64,000 nucleotides of DNA, taken from NCBI GenBank assembly GCA_014376525.1, contig JACMRI010000001.1:3871-67870 (forward strand), written 5' to 3'. The notes under the pieces were generated by a model. It was not told where the DNA came from, searched no databases, and saw only the letters and a program-made list of their open reading frames with translations. Below are positions 48,585 to 57,571 of the stretch, piece after piece. This stretch comes from Bacteroidia bacterium (GTDB lineage: Bacteria; Bacteroidota; Bacteroidia; UBA4408). A program made the position numbers and the translations under genes. Each line of letters starts with the position of its first letter. Position 1 is the first letter of the stretch.

Positions 48585-48649
48585 CTCGGTGGCTGAGCGG
48601 AGTCGAAGCCCATATACGACTAGGGCTCCAACTCCGCTCAGCCACCGAG
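48585..48649. repeat. GC-rich nested hairpin / REP-like palindromic element
   Basis: Perfect 19-bp inverted repeat CTCGGTGGCTGAGCGGAGT ... ACTCCGCTCAGCCACCGAG. It encloses a second 5-bp stem AGCCC/GGGCT. It is strikingly GC-rich in AT-rich intergenic DNA, ~55 nt upstream of gpx. Confidence 0.5.
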
Positions 48650-48703
48650 ATGTGATTATAAAACTTTATAAAAAATAATAAAACAAAACAAAAACCAACC
48701 AAA

Positions 48704-49246
48704 ATGAAACTAACCTTATTCACAATCTTAACTACATTTATTATGTCATTAACCTCAGCACCCAAAAGTATTCACCAATTTAAAGTAAAAGATATTGATG
48801 GTAAAATATTTGATTTTGCATCATTAAAAGGCAAAAAAGTATTAATAGTAAATACGGCTTCGGAGTGCGGATTTACCAAGCAATACGCAGGTTTAGAAAA
48901 AGTATATAAAAAATATAAAAGCCAAAATTTTGTAATAATAGGTTTTCCGTGCAACGATTTTGGTGGACAAGAACCTGGCACCGAAGCCGATGTAAAAGCA
49001 TTTTGCACCAAAAATTTTAGTGTTACATTTCCATTAATGAGTAAAATATCAGTAAAAGACCCCAATATGGCTCCAATATACAAGTGGCTTACTGATAAGG
49101 CACAAAACGGTGTAGAAAGCTCAACGGTTAAATGGAACTTTCAAAAATATATGATTGATGAAAATGGAAATTATGTAAACTACTTACTATCAGTGCGCGA
49201 CCCAGACTGCGACAAAATAGTAAACTGGATTGAAGGCAAAAAATAA
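48704..49246 (+). CDS. Glutathione peroxidase (Cys-type)
   Basis: Active-site NTASECGFTKQY (catalytic Cys, not a UGA codon). FPCNDFGGQEPG and WNFQKY motifs. Confidence 0.85.
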   Translation: MKLTLFTILTTFIMSLTSAPKSIHQFKVKDIDGKIFDFASLKGKKVLIVNTASECGFTKQYAGLEKVYKKYKSQNFVIIGFPCNDFGGQEPGTEADVKAFCTKNFSVTFPLMSKISVKDPNMAPIYKWLTDKAQNGVESSTVKWNFQKYMIDENGNYVNYLLSVRDPDCDKIVNWIEGKK

Positions 49247-49302
49247 ATAAATTTGCTGTTCTAATTTTTTATTACAAAACACTGTTATCTTACAATCTCA
49301 CA

Positions 49303-50847
49303 ATGGACCTTAATACAACAACTTATATCGAACATCTATCAGAGCAAGAAACTATACGTCGCCAAAAATTGGTAGATATAAAAGCTTTGGGTATAGACCC
49401 TTATCCTGCTGCCACATTTGACGTTAATGCCACTGCAAAAAGCATATTAGCCAACTTTACACCCGAAACTGCTGATGATTACAAAAACATAAGCATAGCA
49501 GGGCGTGTAATGATTGTGCGCGATATGGGCAAAGCCTGTTTTGCTGGTTTGCAAGATAGCACAGGCCGTATACAACTGTATATTCGCCGAGATGATATTT
49601 GCCCTACGGAAGATAAAACTACGTTTGATGTATTGTTTAAAAAATTAATTGACCTTGGCGATTATGTAGGCATTAAGGGCTATGTGTTTGTAACCAAAGT
49701 AGGCGAAATATCTATACACGTAACGGAACTTACGTTGTTGTCAAAATCGTTGCGTCCGTTCCCAGTAGTTAAAAAAGACGAAGAAGGAAACGTATTTGAT
49801 GCATTTAGCGACCCAGAACTCCGCTATCGTATGCGTTACGTAGATTTGGTAGTAAATAGCCACGTAAAAGAAACGTTTTTAAAGCGTACTAAAATTGTAA
49901 ATACTATACGTACAGAATTGAATAATGCAGGCATAGTAGAAGTGGAAACTCCTATACTACAAAGCATACCAGGTGGTGCAACTGCTCGCCCGTTTATTAC
50001 GCATCACAATGCTTTGGATATGCCTTTGTATTTGCGTGTAGCCAACGAATTATTTTTAAAACGATTGATAGTTGGGGGGTTTGATGGTGTGTATGAATTT
50101 GCAAAAGATTTTCGTAACGAAGGAATGGACCGTACCCACAACCCCGAATTTACGGTACTGGAATTTTATGTTGCATACAAAGATTATAATTGGATGATGG
50201 ATTTTTGCGAAAGTCTATTAGAAAAAATAGCCATAGCCCTACACGGAACTACTGTGGTAACTGTGGGTAAACACGAAATAGATTTTAAAGCGCCTTATCG
50301 CCGTGTAACTATGTTTGAAGCCATACAAGAGCATACAGGCATAGACATAAGCGCAATGAACGAAGATGAACTACGTGCAGTATGCAAGCAATTACGCATA
50401 GATACCACACCTACTATGGGTAAAGCAAAATTAATTGACGAAATATTTGGAGAAAAATGTGAGGGGAATTATATACAACCCACTTACATTACCGATTATC
50501 CAGTAGAGATGAGCCCTTTAACCAAAAAACATCGTAGCAAAGAAGGATTGGTAGAGCGTTTTGAATTGATGGTAAACGGTAAAGAACTAGCCAATGCCTA
50601 CAGTGAGTTAAACGACCCTATAGACCAACGCGAACGCTTTGAAGAACAATTAAAATTACAAGAGCGTGGAGATGATGAAGCCATGTTCATTGACCACGAT
50701 TTTCTGCGTGCATTAGAATACGGTATGCCACCAACAGCAGGTATAGGTATAGGTATAGACCGCCTTACCATGCTTATGACCAACAATCCATCTATACAAG
50801 AAGTATTGTTTTTTCCTCAGCAACGCCCCGAAGCAGGTACTATTTAA
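49303..50847 (+). CDS. lysS: Lysine--tRNA ligase (class II)
   Basis: N-terminal OB-fold anticodon-binding domain. Class-II motifs FRNEGMDRTHNPEFT (motif 2) and GIGIGIDRLTMLMT (motif 3). Confidence 0.9.
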   Translation: MDLNTTTYIEHLSEQETIRRQKLVDIKALGIDPYPAATFDVNATAKSILANFTPETADDYKNISIAGRVMIVRDMGKACFAGLQDSTGRIQLYIRRDDICPTEDKTTFDVLFKKLIDLGDYVGIKGYVFVTKVGEISIHVTELTLLSKSLRPFPVVKKDEEGNVFDAFSDPELRYRMRYVDLVVNSHVKETFLKRTKIVNTIRTELNNAGIVEVETPILQSIPGGATARPFITHHNALDMPLYLRVANELFLKRLIVGGFDGVYEFAKDFRNEGMDRTHNPEFTVLEFYVAYKDYNWMMDFCESLLEKIAIALHGTTVVTVGKHEIDFKAPYRRVTMFEAIQEHTGIDISAMNEDELRAVCKQLRIDTTPTMGKAKLIDEIFGEKCEGNYIQPTYITDYPVEMSPLTKKHRSKEGLVERFELMVNGKELANAYSELNDPIDQRERFEEQLKLQERGDDEAMFIDHDFLRALEYGMPPTAGIGIGIDRLTMLMTNNPSIQEVLFFPQQRPEAGTI

Positions 50848-50879
50848 TTACGAATTACGTTTAACACCTAAATACACAT

Positions 50880-50921
50880 ACAACATCGCCCACTTATTAT
50901 TTAATAAGTGGGCGATGTTGT
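50880..50921. terminator. Bidirectional Rho-independent terminator between convergent lysS and rluA-family genes
   Basis: Perfect 20-bp inverted repeat ACAACATCGCCCACTTATTA-TT-TAATAAGTGGGCGATGTTGT, flanked by T-runs on the + strand and A-runs on the opposite side. Confidence 0.6.
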
Positions 50922-50945
50922 TTATAAAAAACAAGTGAAAAATTC

Positions 50946-51650
50946 TTACACTTTTACTTTATTTGCTTTTACTTCGTTTTCAAAAAATGCCCATAACGAA
51001 TCGTTAGGTGCAGGTGCGGTAAGTGTTAGTTCTTCTTTGCGCACAGGGTGTTCAAACTTTACAGCACGTGCATGTAAGCATATAGATCCATCAGGGTTGC
51101 TACGCTCCGAACCGTATTTTAAATCGCCCTTAATGCTGCAACCTATAGCTTGCAACTGCGCACGTATTTGATGGTGGCGTCCTGTATGCAAGTCTATTTC
51201 CAACAAATGATATTTGTCGCTTGAGGCAATAACTTCGTACGAAAGTTTAGCAAGCAAACCTCCTTTTACTTCTTTTATATGTGCCTTGCTATGGTTTTTA
51301 GTTTCGTTTTTAAGTAAGTAATGCGTAAGCGTATCTTTTAGTTTTGCGGGCTTTTGTTTTACTATTGCCCAGTATGTTTTTTTTATACTGTGGTTTTTAA
51401 AATCTTCGTTTAAACGCACCAAGCACTTGCTTGTTCGTGCTATTAGCACTATTCCACTTGTTGGACGGTCTAGGCGGTGTGGTATGCCCACAAATGCATC
51501 TCCTGGTTTTTTGTATTTGTCTTTAATGTATTTTTGGGCTTCTATTTCTAACGATGTATCGTTAGATTTATCTACCTGCACCAACATTCCTGCTGGTTTA
51601 TTTATTACAAGTAAATGGTTGTCTTCAAAAAGTATGTTTAGTGTAGTCAT
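50946..51650 (-). CDS. RluA-family pseudouridine synthase
   Basis: Catalytic-Asp motif HRLDRPTSGIVLIA and downstream KTYWAIV motif, typical of RluA/RluC/RluD. Confidence 0.8.
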   Translation of the reverse strand: MTTLNILFEDNHLLVINKPAGMLVQVDKSNDTSLEIEAQKYIKDKYKKPGDAFVGIPHRLDRPTSGIVLIARTSKCLVRLNEDFKNHSIKKTYWAIVKQKPAKLKDTLTHYLLKNETKNHSKAHIKEVKGGLLAKLSYEVIASSDKYHLLEIDLHTGRHHQIRAQLQAIGCSIKGDLKYGSERSNPDGSICLHARAVKFEHPVRKEELTLTAPAPNDSLWAFFENEVKANKVKV

Positions 51651-51701
51651 ATGAGTTTATTTAATTTTTTGGCTGAGGTACAATTTCAAATCCATTGTTA
51701 T

Positions 51702-52238
51702 TTAAAAACTAACAAAGTTTGTCATTAATTGCTTCAATACTGTTAATGTACTTTCATCGCTTACTACATCATTCGTTATTAAGCTACTCATATTAGAAAA
51801 CGGTTGGCGTTGTGCCAGTGTAGTTACCCCAATATGATTGAGCGTTACCGTAAGGTGGTCTATACCCATTAGGCAACCCGCTTTACCTTCGCTCACGCCT
51901 ATCACACATGCTTTTTTACCCTTAAACATACTTGGTGGAATACTATCAATAAATAATTTTAATATACCTGGGTAACTACCATTGTATTCGGGTATTAAAA
52001 ATATAAATTTTTGTGCTGGAGTTATGTAGGTGTCTATCAATGTTTGAAATTCGGGCGAACGTTTTCCAAACATATTATCCAATATATGGTTCGCTTGCAA
52101 TTTCTCTAATGTTAAATAATTTACTTGTGTAGTTTTATGTTCGTAATTTAAAATTTCTAAACATGCTTTTGAAAACACCTGTGTGCGGTTATCTGTGCGG
52201 TGTGTGCCGTTAATAATTGTTATCATTTTTTTTAACAA
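51702..52238 (-). CDS. NAD(P)H-dependent FMN reductase family oxidoreductase
   Basis: Flavodoxin-like fold start MITIINGTHRTDNRT and a PEYNGSYPGILK region, typical of the FMN_red family. Confidence 0.55.
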   Translation of the reverse strand: MLKKMITIINGTHRTDNRTQVFSKACLEILNYEHKTTQVNYLTLEKLQANHILDNMFGKRSPEFQTLIDTYITPAQKFIFLIPEYNGSYPGILKLFIDSIPPSMFKGKKACVIGVSEGKAGCLMGIDHLTVTLNHIGVTTLAQRQPFSNMSSLITNDVVSDESTLTVLKQLMTNFVSF

Positions 52239-52338
52239 AGTTAATGTGTATAATTAATGGAGGCAAATTTACAAATCATTAACCATTTAACATACATTTG
52301 TTCAATATCATTTAACAATAATTACAAAAAAACGTATT

Positions 52339-53178
52339 ATGGGTAAAATTATCGCAATAGCTAATCAAAAAGGAGGAGTAGGAAAAACAACTACAGCTAT
52401 TAATTTATCAGCAAGTTTGGCGGTATTGGAGTACAAAACATTATTGATAGATGCCGACCCACAAGCCAACTCAACATCTGGCGTGGGTTTCGACCCTAAA
52501 AACATAAAAACGAGCATTTACGAATGTTTGATAAATGAAGTAGAACCCAAAAATGCGGTACTACAAACTACTACTCCCAACCTATGGTTGATACCCGCAC
52601 ACATAGATTTGGTTGGTGCTGAGCTAGAATTAGTAAATGCTGCTAACCGTGAACGTTTGCTTAAAATGGCTTTAGCTAAAATAAAAGACGAGTACGATTT
52701 TATAATTATAGATTGCTCACCATCGTTAGGATTATTGGTGCTTAATTCACTTACAGCAGCCGATAGTGTACTAATACCCGTGCAGTGCGAGTATTTTGCA
52801 TTAGAAGGATTGGGTAAATTATTAAATACTATTAAAATAACACAAACCCATTTTAATCCCGAGTTAGAAATTGAGGGCGTATTACTTACCATGTATGACG
52901 GACGTTTGCGCCTAAGTAACCAAGTGGTAGAGGAGGTAAAAACACACTTTCAAGACATGGTTTTTGATACCATAATACAACGCAATACCAAATTGGGCGA
53001 AGCGCCAAGTTTTGGCGAAACTATTATAATGCACGATGCCAGTAGCAAAGGCGCTATAAACTATATGAACCTTGCACGAGAGGTATTACAAAAAAATGGT
53101 CTTACCCAAATAAGTGATGCCGAACGCAAAATAAACAACGCTGCTAACGCTTTAGAAAACGACGCAGAACAATTTTAA
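52339..53178 (+). CDS. ParA/Soj-family partitioning ATPase
   Basis: Deviant Walker A KIIAIANQKGGVGKTTTAINLSASLA, IIIDCSPSLG, and a ~25-aa C-terminal extension. No parB follows. Confidence 0.8.
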   Translation: MGKIIAIANQKGGVGKTTTAINLSASLAVLEYKTLLIDADPQANSTSGVGFDPKNIKTSIYECLINEVEPKNAVLQTTTPNLWLIPAHIDLVGAELELVNAANRERLLKMALAKIKDEYDFIIIDCSPSLGLLVLNSLTAADSVLIPVQCEYFALEGLGKLLNTIKITQTHFNPELEIEGVLLTMYDGRLRLSNQVVEEVKTHFQDMVFDTIIQRNTKLGEAPSFGETIIMHDASSKGAINYMNLAREVLQKNGLTQISDAERKINNAANALENDAEQF

Positions 53179-53187
53179 AACTTAAAA

Positions 53188-53874
53188 ATGTACCACTACG
53201 AAAACCATACTACGAACTCCGATTTTATAACTGATGTTGTAATAGGTATGAGTGATGGTTTAACGGTTCCGTTTGCATTAGCAGCAGGCGTTAGTGGAGT
53301 GGTTGCAAGCAATGCAATAGTAATTACTGCAGGCATTGCCGAAATTATAGCTGGAAGTATAGCCATGGGCTTAGGAGGATATTTAGCAGGTACTACCGAA
53401 ATACACCACTACCAAGCTGAACTAAAACGAGAATACGGTGAGGTAGAACTATACCCCGAAAAAGAAAAAGAAGAGGTGCGCGAAATATTTAAAGACTACG
53501 GTTTTAGTGAACAATCGCAGCATTTATTAGTAGAAGAACTAGCCAAGGATAAACATAAGTGGGTAGATTTTATGATGCGTTTTGAACTTGGTTTAGAAAA
53601 ACCTAACCCCAACAGAGCTCGCAACAGTGCACTTACCATAGGCGGAGCATATATTGTAGGTGGTTTTATTCCATTAGTGCCCTATTTTCTTACCCCAACA
53701 CCTACACAAGGTTTAAAATTCTCGGCTGTTGTTACGCTTATCTGCCTATTTATATTTGGCTATTTTAAAAGTAAAGTAACCGACCAACCACCTATTATGG
53801 GAGCATTTAAAGTTACTATTATTGGCGCTTTAGCCGCTTCGGTAGCATTTGCAATAGCACGTGCTATAAGTTAA
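53188..53874 (+). CDS. VIT1/CCC1-family iron/manganese transporter
   Basis: Conserved N-terminal region DVVIGMSDGLTVPFALAAG and C-terminal TM cluster, with a central cytoplasmic acidic helix (EKEKEEVREIFKDYGF). Confidence 0.7.
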   Translation: MYHYENHTTNSDFITDVVIGMSDGLTVPFALAAGVSGVVASNAIVITAGIAEIIAGSIAMGLGGYLAGTTEIHHYQAELKREYGEVELYPEKEKEEVREIFKDYGFSEQSQHLLVEELAKDKHKWVDFMMRFELGLEKPNPNRARNSALTIGGAYIVGGFIPLVPYFLTPTPTQGLKFSAVVTLICLFIFGYFKSKVTDQPPIMGAFKVTIIGALAASVAFAIARAIS

Positions 53875-53940
53875 TTTTTTATTTATTACAATTTGATAAT
53901 TATTAGTATCTTAGTAAAACAATACTAAATAATATATCTT

Positions 53941-54390
53941 ATGAAAATTAATTTTTGCACCTTTTGTTTAACAGTGTTGAGTTTTATTTTTTTTAGCATC
54001 AATAGTACAAGTAACGCTGCTTTTGTATTATATCAATCATCAACCAATGACTCGCTTGTAACTGTTAATAAGCTAACTAACACTAAGTGGCAAGTAGTTA
54101 AACACGACCGTCTTAGTAAAGATAAAAAAAAATACAATGAATTTTTAGCAGAACCTAATAATGTTGTTTCTTATACATTTAGAGATGGAAACTCGTGTGA
54201 AGTAACTAACGGTGCAATAGTATATTCATGCACTTGGATTATTAAAAATAACAACATTATAATTACCGAAAATACGCAGCATAATAAATTTATATTTTAT
54301 GTAAAACAAATTACTTCAAATAAGCTTATTATGGTAAATAATTACAAAGCAAATCAAGAAACTATTATTTTGTTAAACAAAATTAAATAA
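53941..54390 (+). CDS. Hypothetical small secreted protein (lipocalin-like?)
   Basis: Signal peptide. ~130-aa beta-rich mature region with W at the start of the domain (TNTKWQVVKHD). No specific motifs. Confidence 0.35.
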   Translation: MKINFCTFCLTVLSFIFFSINSTSNAAFVLYQSSTNDSLVTVNKLTNTKWQVVKHDRLSKDKKKYNEFLAEPNNVVSYTFRDGNSCEVTNGAIVYSCTWIIKNNNIIITENTQHNKFIFYVKQITSNKLIMVNNYKANQETIILLNKIK

Positions 54391-54396
54391 ACTGTT

Positions 54397-57300
54397 ATGA
54401 AACACCTTTATACACTGCTACTATCTATACTTTTCACATTAACAATTTATGGTCAAGAACCATGTAACTACATATATGTAACTACATCAGGCACTGCATT
54501 AGGTACTGGTACTAAAGCCGACCCAGCCGATATGGTACAAGCTATAGCTATAGCAAATGGTGGATTGCGAAGTCATATTAGAATAATGAATGGTACTTAT
54601 GCCGTTAATCAAAAATTGAGCATTACAGTAAGTAACATTACTATTGAGGGTAATTTTAATGCCACGTGGGATAAAGTAACTTCCACTACAAACGTTATTA
54701 TTAATAGTACCCCTGCATTAGAAACGGCAATAGTTGGTACAGAAACTATTGGGCATATTATAGGTATAGAAACCGTTAATAACACCAACATAAGTTTAAT
54801 AGATTTAACAATAAATGTACTTAACACTAATATTGGTACAACCACTATGCGTCGTGGAAATTCGGTATATGGAGTATACGCAAATGCTATTAGTAATTTA
54901 AATATTATACGTACTATAATAACTGTTGGTAACGCTTCCAACGGCGACCTAACAGCAGTAAGCGGAGCGATAGGAACTTTTGGTACAATAGGCAGTTGTG
55001 GTAATTTGGGCAATTGCGATGGTCCTGTTGGAAATGGTGGAAATGGAGGGACAGGTGGAGGAAACGTTGGTGCAGCTACTGCTGGAGTAATAGGTAGTGT
55101 TGGTGGTGGACGTACGGGAGGAAACGGTGGCGGTGGTGGAACTGGTAATTATGATGAAAACAATGGTTTTTCTGCAGGGAATGGTGGTGATGGAGGTTCA
55201 GGAGTATTAGGTGGAACTATTGGAGGCAGTGGTGGAGGCTGGACTTGTTTAGATCAAGGTTGTAATAGTTGGCCGCAGGGTCAAACAGGTAGTATTGGAC
55301 AAAATGGTACAGATGCAATATCTTATAATACTGCAATACAAAGTACTTTCGGACAATTTTTACAATACTATATACCTGGTTTAGGTATTAATGGTTTAGG
55401 TGGTTTAGGTGGCGGTGGAGGAAAAGGAGGGGGAGGAGGAGGAGGAGATAGTGGCGGGTTTTTTTGTGGTAATGCTGGCGGTGGCGGCGGCGGCGGCGGT
55501 GGCGGTGGCGGTGGCGAAGGCGGCGAAGGCGGAAAGGGTGGGGGAGCAGGAGGTTCATCATTTGCTGTATATACTACGGGCGGTACAACTTATAGTTTTT
55601 TGAATTCAACACTTACAGCAGGATTAGCGGGTATAGGAGGTATAGGCGGTAGTGGTGCTTTGGGCGGTACTGGTGGTACTGGCGGAAATGGAGCGTCTAA
55701 TGATAAAAATAGTTGGACGTCTAACTCACCAAACTGTAATATTGATCAAGCGGGTAACGGTGTTTGTGCGTTAGGCGGATGCTTTGATGGTGAAGGAGGC
55801 GCAGGTGGTGCAGGTGGTAATGGAGGTGCAGGTGGTATTGGCGGTAGTGGTCAAGGTGGTACTAATGGTGTAAGTAATGCCCATTACGATACTGGCTTAG
55901 GTATTGTTGCTACAAGTTCTACATCTCTTACTACGTTCCCTACTAATGTAGTTATAACAGAAAATCAGGGGTGCACTAATTCCGAAATTAATTTTGCTAA
56001 AACCACCTTAGGCGCATGGTCATTGGGTAATAATGGTTTTGTGGTAAATAATATTTCTCAATTGGTTACTTCATATAATATTACCACTGATAATACTTTG
56101 CCTGCATATTATACTACTACTGGTATTAAAACAATTGGGGTTGGTATTGAATTTATACCATTGCTTAATATAGTATATAATCGTAGCTTACCAATAATAA
56201 CAGCCCCAATGCGTATTTGTTCTTACGACTCTTTACTTGTTTTATGCAATGTAGTAGGTGCTTTGCAATATGAATGGATTGTGCAAGAAATTTCGTCTCC
56301 ATTTTCATTAACAACTCCTGGTCCTAATGTGTATGTGGGAAATCAAGTACAAACTCCCGCAAAAAGCAAAATGCCCTTTAACACTTCAGGGCTAACCAAA
56401 ACGTATCAACTAAAATTGCGAGTAAAAGATGAGTGTTGTGGTTGGTCAATACCCGTATATACCACATTTGATATTACTGATGTGCCTCTTGTACTAAAAG
56501 ATACCCTAAAACAATGTAAGGGCATTGCAGTAAATGATACAGCAGTTGGGCACATAAGTTATGTATGGTCTAATAATGGCGGTACAAATCCATTAGCTAC
56601 GTTTTTATTTGTAAACGATACTACTGTGTACGTAATTGGTACAGATATATTTAATTGTAAAAAAAGAGATTCAACATTTATCAAAATAATAAAAAATAAT
56701 GGTTTAGTTGTTCCTGCGACTTTAGATGTGTGCCCCAATCAAAATTTTGATGCTGTAGCCGCTGGTGTAGTATCATATTTGTGGTTCAATTCCACAACAA
56801 ACGATACGCTTTCTTATATTATTTCTGCGCCAATACAACTATGGGTTAGGGGCACTGATAAGTTTGGTTGTAAACAATCGGATACTATAAAAGTAAGTAT
56901 ATATGCACCTCCTACGGCATTACTAGATAGTATGCGTAATATTGCATTGCCAGATATAGAAATAAATATAACCAAAAACGATGGTGGTAATTTTGCATTA
57001 CCAAGCATTGTTACCTTCCCCAAACATGGTACGGCTGAGGTACTAATTAGTGGAAATATTAAATATACTCCAACACAAGATTATATAGGTAACGACACCA
57101 TCAAATATTCAATATGTTTAGCTAATTGTAGCGACTTATGCGACTCGGCAATTGTAATAATAATTAATGAAAAAAAATTAACAGCGTCAGGGGGTATAAC
57201 TCCTAATGGAGATGGATTAAATGATTTTTTTATAATTGAAGGTATTGAACGTTATAAGGACAACGACTTAGTGGTAGTAAACCGTTGGGGCGATGTGGTA

Positions 57301-57462
57301 TATAAAGCACACCCTTACAAAAATGACTGGGACGGTAAAGCTATGGAAAGTTCACTTAAACTTACTGGCGATTATTTGCCCAATGGAACGTATTTATATA
57401 TTTTGAAACTAACCCCTAACGAAGATAAACCCATTACCAATTATTTGGAAATAGTACGCTAA
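54397..57462 (+). CDS. Large T9SS cargo protein: beta-helix-like N-domain, long glycine-rich region, Ig-like repeats, C-terminal gliding-motility-associated (T9SS type B) sorting domain
   Basis: Signal peptide MKHLYTLLLSILFTLTIYGQ. Gly-rich repeats (GNGGNGGTGGGNVG..., a run of 12 Gly). C-terminal TASGGITPNGDGLNDFFIIEGIERYKDNDLVVVNRWGDVVY...YLYILKL matches the CHU_C / gliding-motility-associated C-terminal domain. Confidence 0.75.
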   Translation: MKHLYTLLLSILFTLTIYGQEPCNYIYVTTSGTALGTGTKADPADMVQAIAIANGGLRSHIRIMNGTYAVNQKLSITVSNITIEGNFNATWDKVTSTTNVIINSTPALETAIVGTETIGHIIGIETVNNTNISLIDLTINVLNTNIGTTTMRRGNSVYGVYANAISNLNIIRTIITVGNASNGDLTAVSGAIGTFGTIGSCGNLGNCDGPVGNGGNGGTGGGNVGAATAGVIGSVGGGRTGGNGGGGGTGNYDENNGFSAGNGGDGGSGVLGGTIGGSGGGWTCLDQGCNSWPQGQTGSIGQNGTDAISYNTAIQSTFGQFLQYYIPGLGINGLGGLGGGGGKGGGGGGGDSGGFFCGNAGGGGGGGGGGGGGEGGEGGKGGGAGGSSFAVYTTGGTTYSFLNSTLTAGLAGIGGIGGSGALGGTGGTGGNGASNDKNSWTSNSPNCNIDQAGNGVCALGGCFDGEGGAGGAGGNGGAGGIGGSGQGGTNGVSNAHYDTGLGIVATSSTSLTTFPTNVVITENQGCTNSEINFAKTTLGAWSLGNNGFVVNNISQLVTSYNITTDNTLPAYYTTTGIKTIGVGIEFIPLLNIVYNRSLPIITAPMRICSYDSLLVLCNVVGALQYEWIVQEISSPFSLTTPGPNVYVGNQVQTPAKSKMPFNTSGLTKTYQLKLRVKDECCGWSIPVYTTFDITDVPLVLKDTLKQCKGIAVNDTAVGHISYVWSNNGGTNPLATFLFVNDTTVYVIGTDIFNCKKRDSTFIKIIKNNGLVVPATLDVCPNQNFDAVAAGVVSYLWFNSTTNDTLSYIISAPIQLWVRGTDKFGCKQSDTIKVSIYAPPTALLDSMRNIALPDIEINITKNDGGNFALPSIVTFPKHGTAEVLISGNIKYTPTQDYIGNDTIKYSICLANCSDLCDSAIVIIINEKKLTASGGITPNGDGLNDFFIIEGIERYKDNDLVVVNRWGDVVYKAHPYKNDWDGKAMESSLKLTGDYLPNGTYLYILKLTPNEDKPITNYLEIVR
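55476..55531 (+). repeat. (GGC/GGT)n trinucleotide microsatellite inside the T9SS cargo gene
   Basis: ggcggtggcggcggcggcggcggtggcggtggcggtggcgaaggcggcgaaggcgg encodes GGGGGGGGGGGGEGGEGG in frame. It also creates the spurious antisense Ala/Glu-rich ORF at 55409..55603. Confidence 0.8.
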
Positions 57463-57571
57463 ATTTAATGCACATGCATAAATTTTGCAAACAGTATGTA
57501 TTTAAAACTTAAAAGTGAGTTGGTAATTAGTTACCAACTCACTTTTAAATTTACTATTATCAACAATAAGC

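Noticed and set aside
48704-49246. Selenocysteine-containing glutathione peroxidase
   Set aside because: The catalytic position is encoded by a TGC Cys codon (ASECGFT), not an in-frame TGA. No SECIS-like hairpin is needed.
55409-55603. 64-aa Ala/Glu-rich plus-frame ORF (MAVEEKEGEEEEE…AAAAAVAVAVA)
   Set aside because: It arises from reading the (GGC)n / Gly-rich repeat of the T9SS protein in another frame. It has no start context and overlaps the real gene completely.
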